Shown here: positions 19,238 to 31,953 of the stretch, in pieces
Layout of the letters: every line of letters begins with the position of its first letter
Position numbering within the stretch: the stretch's first letter is position 1
Notes under the pieces: generated by a model
What the model saw: the letters and a program-made list of their open reading frames with translations, nothing else
What the model was told of the DNA's origin: nothing
Databases searched by the model: none
Program-made: the position numbers and the translations under genes
Source: Hydrurus foetidus
Taxonomy: Eukaryota
NCBI GenBank assembly: GCA_900617105.1
Contig: UYFQ01000349.1
Coordinates: 1-64,000, forward strand
Direction: 5' to 3'
DNA length: 64,000 nucleotides

Positions 19238-20731
19238 AGTCAACATTGATCGTAACAGAGCCTTCAGTATGATCACTACCACCTAGACGATGTTTTATAG
19301 TAAATCTCACGTACGTACGTATCGTACGACCCAGTGGCGTAGCTGGGAATTGACTTGTAGATGGGAGGGGACGAATGTGCAGTACAATCGCATTCAGTAC
19401 TGGATTCTCATGAAGTAGTATTTCATCCTCTTGATCCACTGATCGCATCGCATCTACAAGTGTACATGGTAGTTTATCACTTATTTGGTAGCCCTATTAT
19501 CACTTTTATCACTGGCGTTTGAAACTGACAATCTGTACATATCGTCTCTACGGAACTCCAACACAGTGCTCTTATTTAATCACATGTCGAGTAATAATTA
19601 CAAACAATCACTTGAAATTCAATACTCTCCAAACAATCTCTGTCGAACACTACCGTCAGGTCGGAGAGACACTGGAGAGACCCGAGATTTTTTTTAAATG
19701 TGATGTTCCTTTCTCTGAAAGACTTTTCACCAGCATCATGCACAAAGGCTTCTTCTCTAACAAAGAAAATTCGGTGCATCAGCACATCAGCGATGTTAGG
19801 ACACACCTGGGTGATGAGGGCAGCATTATGTAGGGAGAATAAAGTGACACTTTCTCTTGCGTCACGTACCATTACAGCTGAGCAGTAAGTGGTCCTCCGC
19901 ATCCATCATGATCATGTATCTCGAGAGGAATTGACGCCTTATAGTTTTTAGCTCGGTACTGTACTTCCTGTTGCTTTACGTCATCACCTCACAAACGAGA
20001 TGAGGAAGGTTAATCAGAGGCCCCTAAGGTCAGTCCCTAGCAATCATCCTCGAAGAGTTATGCTGGGATAAACTTGCTCCAGGAAGCGAAACGCATGTGA
20101 GGTCACTTATGATGATCATTTGCGCAACAATTGTTACATGGTTGAAACACCCGTACAGCAGGTAACTAATTAGCCGTTTTGCGGTATACCAGTACAGTGT
20201 GTTGTTGCATGCCCCTCGGTTAGCTTAATTACACATGCGGTTAGGTGCGTAGAAAACATAGTGCATCCAGTATCGGGACAGCTCCAATTGTCTATTGGTG
20301 TGAGTTGATGCGTGTGACGGTGTTCGTCCGGTCACTTCGCGCAAGATGTGCTGTGACTCTCTTGACATGTCGAACGGAGTCTTTGCGCGTTGCTTGTCAT
20401 ATTACCTTAGCTGGTAGAAGTGCTGTACGTACAATACGTGTTCTCGGATGCTAGGAAGGCCATGCACATAGGTGCTGGTTGAGAGAAGTCTACTAATTTT
20501 ATTGAAAAAGTTGTTCGTGTTGAAATGCCACTTAATGAAGTTATCTGCTTGTAAATGTAAGAAAAAAGACATCATTGACAGAATGTAATCATCTGCAATC
20601 TTCGTTCAAGGTCATTTAATGAGAATAACAGAGGTCAGGTCCTGTCTTGAATTCGGTCTATGATGATGCAATCACGAATCCGAAATGGAACAAAATAAAT
20701 GATGAAAATCTTTGCACATGTTTCTTTTCTA

Positions 20732-21755
20732 TTAACCGAGAGTGGCGTTAACACCGAACTTGAGTCCGCTCATGCTGCTGGGGATTTCCGCTGACCCGAT
20801 GACGGCAAATTTCTTCTCGAGTTGTTTCTTAATTGATGCGTTGACTGTTCCGGAGGTGGCTGCCTTCAGCTTGAATGTCGTGTCGGCATCGTGCTTGTAT
20901 ACGGTGGCAAGAACGCCTGAGAAGGCGTTTGATTTAGATACATAGAGGGCATTTCCGGCAATCGTGAGATTGGGTTTAGCTACGTATGTCACAATGCCGG
21001 AGTACTCGCTCAAGTTCTTCGAGGCGCGTACTCCAGCGAACAGGCTCTTTGGGATCTCGAAAGAGAGACCGCATGTGACAGTCGTCGAGGAAACTGATGC
21101 CTGGGCGAGTTTAATGTCAGCAATGGCGCCCGCAGAGAAACGTCCGTGGCCGACTGTTACAGAGCCCGTGGCTTTTGACAATGCGAGGGTATCCAACTCT
21201 CCAGTGATTGTGGCATGCTGAGTCTTGTAAATAAATCCGAGGTCACCTTTGTCACTGTCATTTGCCTTAAACTCAAGCTTTAGTCCGGAAGCACTCGTTA
21301 GAAGAGATGTCTCAGTGACAACCTTGCCATCGTTGGCGAACTCTAGTTTGTCCACTGTGAATCCACGGGGGTGTCCCCATTTGCCAGAGAGCTTGGTGCT
21401 GAGCTTACTCTCCTTTGAGGGATCATAGGCTACATTTGTGGTCAAAATCTGATGTTTGTTGTCAATAGGAATTTAAATGAGATACACAGTCAAGGAGTAT
21501 TCTGTTTGTCCCATAGAATTTATCTTCGATAAGCTCACCACATCAGCAGGGGCTGCTGACTTCACTTTCAGTGTGTACTTTGAGTCGAAGTCATCGTTGA
21601 AAATCTCTGTGAGTTTTGTAAACATTAAGGAGTTAGACATCAGCCCACGTCACGGTAAAAGCAACATCGAGATTGAAAGGGGAGGCGAATCCTCTCACAT
21701 CCAAAAACTTACCATTGGCGGACTTGTCGAAGTCTTTGAAGATTGGGTAGGACAT
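20732..21755 (-). CDS. VDAC: Mitochondrial porin / voltage-dependent anion channel (3 exons)
   Basis: Exon 1 MSYPIFKDFDKSAN, exon 2 IFNDDFDSKYTLKVKS, exon 3 is ORF 20732-21445 of amphipathic beta strands ending KFGVNATLG. Confidence 0.92.
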
Positions 21756-22303
21756 GATGAGAAAGATCCGTTCTTGCCGGGAAAAACGATTGCGAGAGTA
21801 GTTATTGGTGGTAAAGATGATACTGCATAATGTATCTTGTGGAAATGAATCGACTGATACATACGAAGAGGTGTGCGGTGTGCGGAGTGCGTTGTGTGTT
21901 GTGCATCGTGTCCACCTTGACCTTCCACTTCATGGGGGGAGATGAAGGGGGTCTAAATCGGGCGTTGGTATAAAAGACGAAAGGTTCGAGATTCGAGACA
22001 GAAACGGCCAAAATTCTATCGGAAAATTGAATATTCTTTCGTAAAAAGTAACCGTTTCCGTCCAGACTGTGGTTGCGGTTGCGGTTGCGGTGGCGATTCG
22101 CCAACGTATCTACCGTATCGCATCAGAAAAAGGCTCATCGAACGTGATTTGAGACGTGTGTCGCCTGTAGATTGTCCTTCACAAATTCTACCGTACCGCT
22201 GCGACTGTCCGTTGCACGCCACGACTTCCTAGTGGAGATTTAAAACAAGGCGCGGTCGGGCTTTTCAAGAATAGTTTAACTGTTAAATCGGATAAAGTCA
22301 CTG

Positions 22304-23891
22304 ATGGCAGCAGCAGTCATGAATTACAAAGTAGCCTACGCACATGGGGAAATGAACCCGAAAAAGAGGCATACCATGGAGGATGTCCATCGCGTGACAC
22401 CAGTCCTCGATGGTTTGCCACTTTTCTCTTACTTTGGAGTCTATGACGGTAAAACGACATCAGTAGTAACGATCGCACCAAAGACACTTTGATCACATGC
22501 ATGCATCATCATCTTTCCAGGCCATGGAGGCAGGCAGATTGCTGACTTTTTAGAGGAGACTCTAGAAAAAAATATAGCGGTAGAGCTAAAAGAGCCTGAC
22601 GATGCCACTATATTAGAGCGCATTTCAAGGTGTGACTATGTCGTGAAAAAGAAATGAAATCCGAAGACATTTAAACGATTGAATCCCTTCGTTCATTCAA
22701 CTGACGATACTCTGCTCCATTCTGTAGAGCCTATCTGATAACGGATATGCAGTCAAGTAAAAGCGGTATAACAGCATCAGGGGCTACAGCTGTTTCAGTC
22801 CTTTTAAAGAGATCCGATGACGGCAAAGATCAGACGCTATACGTGGGTAACGTAGGCGACAGCAGAGCCATCCTAGTCACTTCAAAGCCAATAAATGAGT
22901 GAGTTATCCACATCACCCCATCATGTTGTGAGGTTCATCCACCCCCCTATCTCCTCCTAAGCTGCTATTTACTCCTATCGTCGAAACCATTATCGTCGGA
23001 ACCATTATCGTCCTCTGAAGCTCCTAAAATCTGTACTGCCCGCCCACAGATCAGACTCACCAACAGCCTGTGGATACCATGCCAGAAGACTGACGTTCGA
23101 TCACAGAGCAGAGGACGAGGCGGAGGAACAAAGGATCAAAGAAGCTGGTGGATTCGTTACAAGAGGCAGGCAAGTACCAGAACCAGTAGATGTGGATGGA
23201 ACATGAAATACTTAGTATCAAGACAGCAACATGCTCTGTATGTCTTGTAGGACGAATCATATCGACATGCTGTCAGACACAATGTATAGCATGTGAAATC
23301 TCGTCAATCTGATAGTTGGGTACTTCTTAAGATGACGCTTGCGGGCAGAATTCGGTGTATATTACGGATCGTACATAATCCTAACGCTTACACTGCCCCA
23401 TCCTCCCTCTTTGCCTCCCCGCATTTCGTTCTTTCTTTCTCGTAGAGTGCTAGGCATACTGGCAGTGACAAGAAGTTTCGGCGATCATGGCATGAAAGAT
23501 TTTGTAACTGCCAATCCGTATGTCACCGAGACGAGGTGCGCTCTTGCGTGTGATGACTTCTTACGTGCTGCACCAGTTGTAAAGAATCTTGCATTTCTTT
23601 TTTTACCTTCTTTATCTGTCGTTTATTGAACAAATAGTTCGAGTCGACTCATCGATTGGATTGCTTTGTTGTTACCTTTGCAGATGTAGCGATTGCGGTG
23701 AATGCCCCATGCTGATCCTGGCCTGTGACGGTGTGTGGGACGTTTTGACAGACCAAGAGACAACAGACCTGCTAATGAAGAGATACGTTGAGAAAGGAGG
23801 GCCTGATGAAGATGCGGCTAAGTACATAGTGAAAACGGCTATTAAAAAAGGTAGTGCGGATAATATCACCGCAGTAGTGGTGTATCTCTAG
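22304..23891 (+). CDS. Protein phosphatase 2C (PPM family), multi-exon
   Basis: RHTMED, FGVYDGHGG, SGATA, LYVGNVGDSRA, GRVLGILAVTRSFGD, LILACDGVWDV and GSADNIT motifs. Confidence 0.95.
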
Positions 23892-24481
23892 CGCATTAGG
23901 CTTCACGTCTCCTACGGCTAATATCGGTGAACCGACTATCTACGGCCACAGGAGAGAGAAGATGATGTACGGGAGTGAACGAACACAACAATGGGAATGT
24001 TTTACAGAATACGAAAATAGATGTTAAACCAAAATATTAGATGTCGAAACCGATATTTAGCAATGCCAGTACAGCTCGGTGCCAAAGATTTCAATAAATA
24101 TCTTAACTTGGAAACCGTCAATATTATCAAATATTTCGTTGTTATTGGAATAAGATTGGATTGGATCAATGTGCCATCACAACAAGCGATTCCAAGTAAA
24201 CTAAACTTGAGATCACTACTTTTTGAGTGCCCAACAAACATACTCAGAGCTTTAAATTATATCACTGCATCTTTAATTTGGAAATGTGCAACGATTTTTG
24301 CGAGGTAATTCTTTCCTGTGCCAATTTTCATTTGTAATATCAGCCCCAAGCTGATCTCGATACGCAAACCAAAGAAGGATATAAGTAATAGACTTCCTTT
24401 TTTCGTAAATGCGAGAACTCGCCAAAATGCTGCAATGACTTTCTCTACAAATCATTTTAATTTAAAAACACCGAGAAAAAA

Positions 24482-26100
24482 CTACTTTTTATTTTTTTTC
24501 GCTCTATCTTTTTTCGCTTTTTTCTCTGCGGCTTCTGCCTTCTCTTTCGCTTCTAGTGCTCTTTGCTCTTCGAATTGTTTCCGTTTCACGTCAAGCAATC
24601 TTTGCATCTCAATAACAGCTTCCTCCTGTACATGAAAGAGTATGAAAAATATAATGATGCATTATCAAGAGTTCAAATGTAATCCTCAAACAGGCAAGGC
24701 TAGCACTACCATCAGCATTGGGAAGTAGTCCCTTCACTCCCAGAAATGGACTCACCTCCTTAATTCTTTTCGCCTCTGCTCTCTGTTCCCTTCTTTTTTC
24801 AAGCCACTCCTTGAGTTCCTCTTCTCTTTTATCGGCCTAAAATAATCGGGTTCATATGTAAAATATTGGATGAATAAAAAATGAACCGCATCAATAATAA
24901 TAGATGATAAGAAACTACAACAGAGTCATGAGAATAATCCACTTTCTGCAAAAAGAAGTATGATCAGCAAATTACTCAGGTGGATTGGCTCACGTCTTTT
25001 TTGTCTTGAATCCGCTTTTCTCTTTCATATTCTGTTAGCGCTTCTTCTCTCCTAACTCGTTCTGACGCTTCGAAAACAGCCAAATTTGAATCCAATTTAT
25101 CAGCTACCCTCTTGACATCTTTCATTAATACAGAGTTATGACCAATATCGAGGAATAAAATCGTTCTATTCATCTCTAATGCGCTTGCCAATAATTCACC
25201 ATCAGTTGGTTTAAGTCCAGTCCTCCACAGGTTGAGAGATGTTAATGATTTGTTCGATTTCAAAGCATCGCTAAATGCTCTTACGCCCTTCAAATCGTCA
25301 TTTGCAGATACGAAAATCGGATTTGAATCTAGTGAGAGATATACTAATGATGAATTTGTTTTCAAAGATTCACCGAATGCAAGTAAACTTTTCGGTCCTA
25401 GTTTGTTATTATCTAATTCAATTTTTTTCAATGTTTTATTCCGTATTAGTATTCTTGCAATGTATGACCCTGCATGGTCGTTCAAATTATTTGATGAGAG
25501 CTCTAAACATGTTATCGTGTCATTAACCCACATCGCTTTCGCAAGAGATCGAGCTGTAATTGAGTTTACATCAAGACGGATGGAGTGTTCAACCACGCTA
25601 TCTTTGATGAGCTCAATCATCATTCCTATTTGATGATTAGCAGCTAAAGCATCTTGTTCCTCTTGAAGGGTCTGCTCCATGAGCATCCTTCTGCGCTGGA
25701 GACCAGCTTGTTGAGCAGCTCGCCTCCGGCGCTCTTTTAACTTTGCACGTTCCTCGTCAAGCTTCAAAGAAAACTCCTCATTGAACGCTCTTTGCAGTAT
25801 CTCTCTATCTGTGTCAGGAAAGCCAGTACTTTTCAAATTCCTTTTTTCCATCTGAGATGTCGTCATTGTTCAGAGAGCAACGGTTTTAGCCAGATAAGAG
25901 TGGTGATTTCTCCTTTCCTTTCATGAAGCTTTTACCTCATAGTAAATATCTGAGCTTGATAGAGTATTAGCAGCTGTTGGCTTGAAAGAGCTCTCATCCT
26001 CCTCTTTACCATCGTCCACTATCGCCATGTCAGGGTCTATTAAGGTTTCTTTCGAGAGACCCTCCATCTCTTCGAACTCCTTCAGTAACTTTGCGTCCAT
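24482..26100 (-). CDS. Leucine-rich-repeat (RNI-like) protein with coiled coils and Lys-rich tail, multi-exon
   Basis: Repeats such as ITCLELSSNNL, LKKIELDNNKLG, LVYLSLDSNPI, LTSLNLWRTGL. Exons approx 26100-25938, 25851-24995, 24837-24756, 24625-24482. Confidence 0.8.
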
Positions 26101-26906
26101 CTTATTCAAAAAACTGCCTAGTGCGATCTAATGAAATTTTGATGGCTATTCCTGATTACTTTCAGAGTTCTGGTGTATCTAATCGAAAATAATTGCTGCT
26201 ACCGGCAACTTTCAGTGTGAGAGATGAGAGTGAGAAGTGAGAAGAGGTCCTCAAGACGAAACTGTCGGACCTTGGAATCGACTCTGTTTTAAATTCCTGT
26301 TTTGAAGGTAAAAGTACAACTTTTCAAATGATGCAAATCAAATGCTGTGAAGTCTCGCAGTAGAACATGACTGACACTGCTTCCCAGATGTGCTTGGCGT
26401 AGTGGCACTTTTAGAAAGATTAACATGAAGTAGTCGCTAACAGCGTATTGATATCAGCTCATCTATCCATATCAAAGGTAACATTTTTATCTCACTTATT
26501 CTCTTGTGTTACATTTAGCATTTTGACTATGCAGCGTACTGTAGCAAGCCCTATGCAGCTCTTGATGCTTGGATTTCATCATATGCGCTTGCATGATTAC
26601 TCTTAAAGTTCCCTTCACGCTCAGTTGTACTGCAGGCAAGTCGCCAAACTTTCAACGTCCCTACACAACAGATTCAGAGTGGCGTTCATAATTTGGTCTC
26701 TAAATTCTCATTTTTATGACATTGTAATCGAGATGTAATTTTGAGACGCAAAATTAACTCATTCGTATGTCCATCTAATCATATTGAAGAGCTATAACTT
26801 TTGAAATGGAAGAATCGTCCATTGGTGGCAAAAATCATCCATTTATTTATTGACTTCGTCGAGTGATTCTGGGAAAAGTGACAGCCTCGTGAATCGAAAG
26901 GCGAAT

Positions 26907-27752
26907 TCATTTCTTGTCTGGTAAAGCTGTCCTAACTCTGTCATACCAAGCCTTCAATTCCTGGTTTCCGTCCATTATGAAAGTGAAGGTCTGAAGGCCC
27001 TCTATGGCACGAAGCACTCCGAAAACTAGAATGTCAGGCATCGTTATTGAGTCTCCGTGAAGAAACTTCTTCCCGTTCAGAGCTTTTGTCCAGACAAGCA
27101 GACACGTGAGTAATTCCTGTCTTTCATCAACTATTCCATATTTCTTTTTTATTTTTCCGTTTGCGAATGACATCGCCACTGTTCCCAAGGATTTTGTTAC
27201 TGCTCTGAGCGGCATGTTCCACTCTTGCACATTATCGATATAACTGAAACATTCCCAACTCTCAGACATAGTTCTAGTAATATTTGGGTAGAGCATCACA
27301 GCAAGCTTAAGATCTGCCCAGTCGCTCCATTCCTTTGTGTCGGGAGGGAAGAAGCTATCAGGGGGTTTTGTGATTGCGTATTGACCTGAACTTAAGCCTT
27401 CTGTGATTTTGATGATGATATCGGCAGATTCGCCAACTGTATTGCCGCCAAGAATAGCTACGGGAACTTTGGTGAACTCCTTCTGAAATTTAATCTGACT
27501 TTTCGTAAGAGGATTTACTTCTACTGAAGTGTAGTCCAACTCCAAGTAGTCGAGGTATGACTTCACTTTATTGCAGAAAGGGCAAATCTTGTACTCGTAA
27601 AGAGTTATTTTCGCTGCCGCTGATGGAGCAGTCGAGAGTCCGCTGCAGAGAGTCAGTCTTTCTGACGCGGCATACTTCCCCAGCATTGCTGCACTTCCGG
27701 AGAGGGCAACGAGGTTCACCCTCGATCTTGACATTAAGCCCCTACCAATCAT
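26907..27752 (-). CDS. Prostaglandin E synthase 2-like glutathione S-transferase / glutaredoxin-fold protein
   Basis: ITLYEYKICPFCNKVK (CPFC), VEVNP, KVPV, ESADII, LYPNITRT and DILVFGVLRAIEGL; N-terminal targeting-like peptide. Confidence 0.9.
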   Translation of the reverse strand: MIGRGLMSRSRVNLVALSGSAAMLGKYAASERLTLCSGLSTAPSAAAKITLYEYKICPFCNKVKSYLDYLELDYTSVEVNPLTKSQIKFQKEFTKVPVAILGGNTVGESADIIIKITEGLSSGQYAITKPPDSFFPPDTKEWSDWADLKLAVMLYPNITRTMSESWECFSYIDNVQEWNMPLRAVTKSLGTVAMSFANGKIKKKYGIVDERQELLTCLLVWTKALNGKKFLHGDSITMPDILVFGVLRAIEGLQTFTFIMDGNQELKAWYDRVRTALPDKK

Positions 27753-28457
27753 GATCTGCAGTATCCAAAATTTGATGGGAGGTGATGTCGTTGAAGACGT
27801 GCCAGCAGCGTGAGAGATTTATCAATGCTGTCCCGATATGGTGGGCAATGTTTGACGATGTCTTCTCAGTTCTCCGATGAAATGATGTGTGACAAATGAC
27901 AAAAGAAACAGCGAGAGGGTACTGCACGTACTGTTCTGTGTTGTACGTGCTAACCTGAGGGAACAATACAAACTCCATCACACTCCATTCGCAGCTCGGA
28001 ATAAAAACAATTCTCGCCACAACTTGTGTCGTTAGTGTACCAAAGAATGAGTACCTTATCTCGAAACAAATGATGAAGACAAGTAAGTTACGAACAAAGG
28101 CTATTTTTTATTTTGTCTTCTTTTTACCATAATTAACTGTGCGTCATCTCTGAAACGAATAACGATGGAAGAAATCCTCATGACCTTTCTTACTGTGTAT
28201 CATCCCAAGTGACGGTGTGCAACGATTCCATTTTATACCGTCAATCGTACGCACAACCTCATGTATAATGGGGTGTACTTGGTCAGCTCCTTCTGTCAGG
28301 TCGAGTGTTCGAAGATGCTGTGAGGAATATCTACGACGGAGTAAAGAATCGGGGCATCTTGTCTTCTTCCACAGATTCAGATATCTCCAAATAAGCATCT
28401 TTCTCTCTCTCTCTAATCGAGTTCAATTCGGTTTATTGTCATGTACTATATTTTCAT

Positions 28458-31135
28458 TTAATTACTACCTACTTTCGCTGAAGCAGCAGATAAAACATTT
28501 AATTTCTCAGATAAAAATGTCTTAATAAGACATAAGTTGATTTCCGGCTGACTGTCAGTACCCGCGATATCAAGTATTCCTTTTTCTATTCTTCTTCTTT
28601 CTGACGCTAGGATTGTGCGTACGCACTTATTCCTAAGAATGGGATCTTTTAGTCCCTCAAGGGATCCCATTTTCCAGGAACTGAAGTCACCTCTCGTTAC
28701 AATCATACCGGATTCAGCCGTACTCATATTATTTCCTAACATCTCTATAGCTTGCTTGAGAAATGACGTATCGGCGTTATCGCTATTTCCTGTCGATTTC
28801 TCTTCTAACTCTTCTTTCAGTACTTGTCGTGGGTCTTGAACAACGTAACGGTCGAATTCGCAATTCACTTCAACAAATCCAAAATATTGCAATAAATCGT
28901 CATTATTTCTGTCCCCGTATGATATCGTTATCTGCCAAATTAGTGGAGAGGGGAAGGTAGAAAGAAAGAGAGAGAGATCTGAGTTACAAAATTTGATGCA
29001 GTTACACTGTCAACACAATAACTGAAGACGCTAGGACGTGTCGAATTAATGCAGCACTATCAAAGATGCAATATCAGCTGCTGACCTGTTCTCCCGCGTT
29101 GATTTCTCTGTTAGCTGTCATCTCGAAGCGACCTCGTGTGGGCTCCAACGAAATGCTGCAGAGAGGGTTGGACCCTATAAAGGACATCACAGAACATAGA
29201 TAAAGAGATATCAGTTGACATGCGTACAGTAAGATTCGATCAATTACTTGTGTACTCTCAAAAGTGGCACAGAAAGAAAGTGCGTTCCTTGGAGAGCAGC
29301 TATTACAGATGCATAATTTATCAAGTTTACGGAACGGAATTGATATACAATTAGACACAATATGGTACCATCGTGGTTACTACTGTCTATGGCTGGCAGT
29401 AGAACACAGGAGGACTGGGTTGAGGTGAGCACTGAGGGCAGCAGACACAGAGCACCAAGGGATCCGAGCACGATCTACAGAGGATGGGATAAGGCATGGT
29501 ACGGTGTGGAAGGAAATTTTAGTACAGGATAAGGTGTGGTGGTAAGTGTTGGGCATGACGAGGTGGACCTGTTTCAATGAGTGTAAACCAATACGATTTC
29601 AATTCTAATCATTCATATGTCTAGAAGTAGAAAGACTTCGGCACATGCTGCGCAACTACTTCATGTTTCACATATTAGATATTAAATCATTCTTACCGGA
29701 ATGGCTTCGTTTACACCGGATGTCTTGGTGAGCACCACAGCAGCGCTAAGGAGGGCGAGAGAAGCAGCGCCTGCTAGAGGTAGAGTGGATTTACCAGTGC
29801 TGCCCAGACCTGGAGGGAGTGAGTTGGGCATTAAGGGAAGGGGGAGATATTGAGGTGTTTGGTTGAAGATGGGAGGTGTTCATGTTAAGTTATTTGAGAT
29901 CACATCAGATGTGCCGTACTACACGATTCATATGTAAGTAACAGTGATAATACGAAAGGATTTCCTACATAAATCTATAACATAAAATATCAAACACACC
30001 TTTAAGTGCATTACGTAAAGTATCATACACATATGCTACAAAACATCTAACACACATGTTAGTGCACTACTAATCAATACCATAAGCCTATATAACATGA
30101 GCCTGCATGTACATGATGACTTTTGTTTCTGCAGTTACGTACGCACCTGTAAATGCTCTCGATCGCACTATCTCCATCGCCCACACAAACCTCTCGTATG
30201 ACACACCCTTGAAGTCAGGGGTTGCTTTCACAATTGCATACAACTCTGTCCAACTAATGTTCATCAAAGATTTTCAAGATATTCAGATATTCCATAGGAA
30301 TGAGAAGACAGTGTTGAAGTTGCAAGGCGATCTCAAGCTCGTAGTGTTTGAGATGTACAATAAGATAGCGCACCACATTCTTCCTAGCTCTCCTCAATTT
30401 ACCTCTTCTTCTGTGAACTGACAGACTTTACAAGCGGCTTGTATGGAAAACTACTCAAAAACTCTTCCGACCAGTGAAATGGAGTTCCCAACGACCCTGG
30501 AGTCGGAAGAGTATCAATGTAACTGGCGAATTTGTTCTTATTCTTCTTGTCACCTCCTGTAGTCAGCCATTCCTTCATTAACAGCAGTGACACCCTGCTG
30601 GTTCCCTTTAAGTCCTTCCATCTACTCTCTAAACCTGTTCAGTCATGCGAGAATGAAACAGATTTTATTGAGCACTCTCTCGAGTTGAACACCGTTGATA
30701 GACCATCTTCACCAATAAGAATTCAGACGAGGTTTAACCACCTTCGGGGCATCCTTGCATGCCACCATCCGATGCTGATAATGTTAGCTCTGCAGGAATC
30801 GATATTACAGTTGAGCCCTTCTTATATTGACCAGTCGTTGCCTGTAAACCGCGGAGTTTTCCACAAACCCAGTCGAAAGAGGTGTGTTTTACGCTCTTCG
30901 CGGCAATGTCATTCACCACCCAAGAATTCTCGAAGACGGTAATTGCTGATTCATCAACAGCTCTTAGATTCGAGGCTTGGATGATCTGATTCTTGGAGTT
31001 CTGACAATCTCGTCGGAGAATGTTTTGTTTAAGAAGGCAATCGACATTGCTGAGTAGAAAGAGCTGTAGAGCGCAAAAAGACACCGCGATCTTGGAGGCA
31101 GATGCCGACCAAATTTTTTGCATCGCGTTGCTCAT
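28458..31135 (-). CDS. SET-domain lysine methyltransferase (Rubisco LSMT/SETD3-like), multi-exon
   Basis: LRGLQAT..VISIPAELTL, FASYIDTLP..TPFHWS, WAMEIVRSRAF, LPAIDSSNHD and AGEQ|ITISYGDRNNDDLLQYFGFV. The hydrophobic N-terminus could be a signal/bipartite presequence. Confidence 0.88.
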
Positions 31136-31953
31136 GCAGTCCCTTCGACAGTGTTCTGTCTCTATGGAAGACCTCTTCTTTCTTCATCTCCTTGATCTCT
31201 CTGCTCTCCGTCGTTGTGATGACTCCTCATAATACGCACCGTGCACCGTACCGTACGTGCCGTACAAGTAGATTCAGTCGATTTTAAAATATATCATGAT
31301 GCCGTAGAACATATTGTCGACCATGATTTCAATTCCATCTTTGTCTCCTAGCTGAATGTGAGTCAATGCAGCTAGACAAAGAAACTTACATACATTTTCA
31401 TCCGTTTTGCAGCATCCGCTAATGCATATTGCTTTAAGGAGGACTGTAGTATATTTTGTGGCAACTCTAGAAGGTACAATGCGGGGACTGGTTTACCGTA
31501 ATCTTCTACGCCGATTTGCGGCTGCAGCTACGATAAATTTGCCATCACCTATCTCAGAAATGGATTTAGACGAAGTTGTCCTCGACCTCTTCCATAAACC
31601 GCAAGCCCCCCCAATCACTTTCTATTCTGAAAGATAAGATTCACGAGGCTGTTTCGATAGAATGTGTTTCAACGTAACTCACATCAACCTGCAAGTTGCA
31701 TATAGGATCTATCTGTCACGGTGACGAATATATACGTCATCGGTCGTCGCACCAACCCAGTGCAGATAGATAACGGGAAAAGTGCCGAAACTTTGTATGT
31801 CGTATATAAATATGTCGGAGAACGAAAGACGGTGTAATTCTTCGATAAAATTTGAAATTTGAAAAATCTCTTTGAGGAGATAGTTAGCTCCTTCCTCCTG
31901 CTTACCTCGCAGATATTATTCTAACTGTGAGAGCTCCTGTCAGCATTTGTGAA

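Noticed and set aside
19900..20460. Possible snoRNA/U3-like boxes (GATGAGGA, ATGATGA) between the TBC and VDAC genes
   Set aside because: No matching D box with terminal stem, and no rRNA guide could be identified.
7932..31135. Three protein methyltransferase genes as a functional cluster
   Set aside because: Unrelated families interspersed with unrelated housekeeping genes; consistent with chance.
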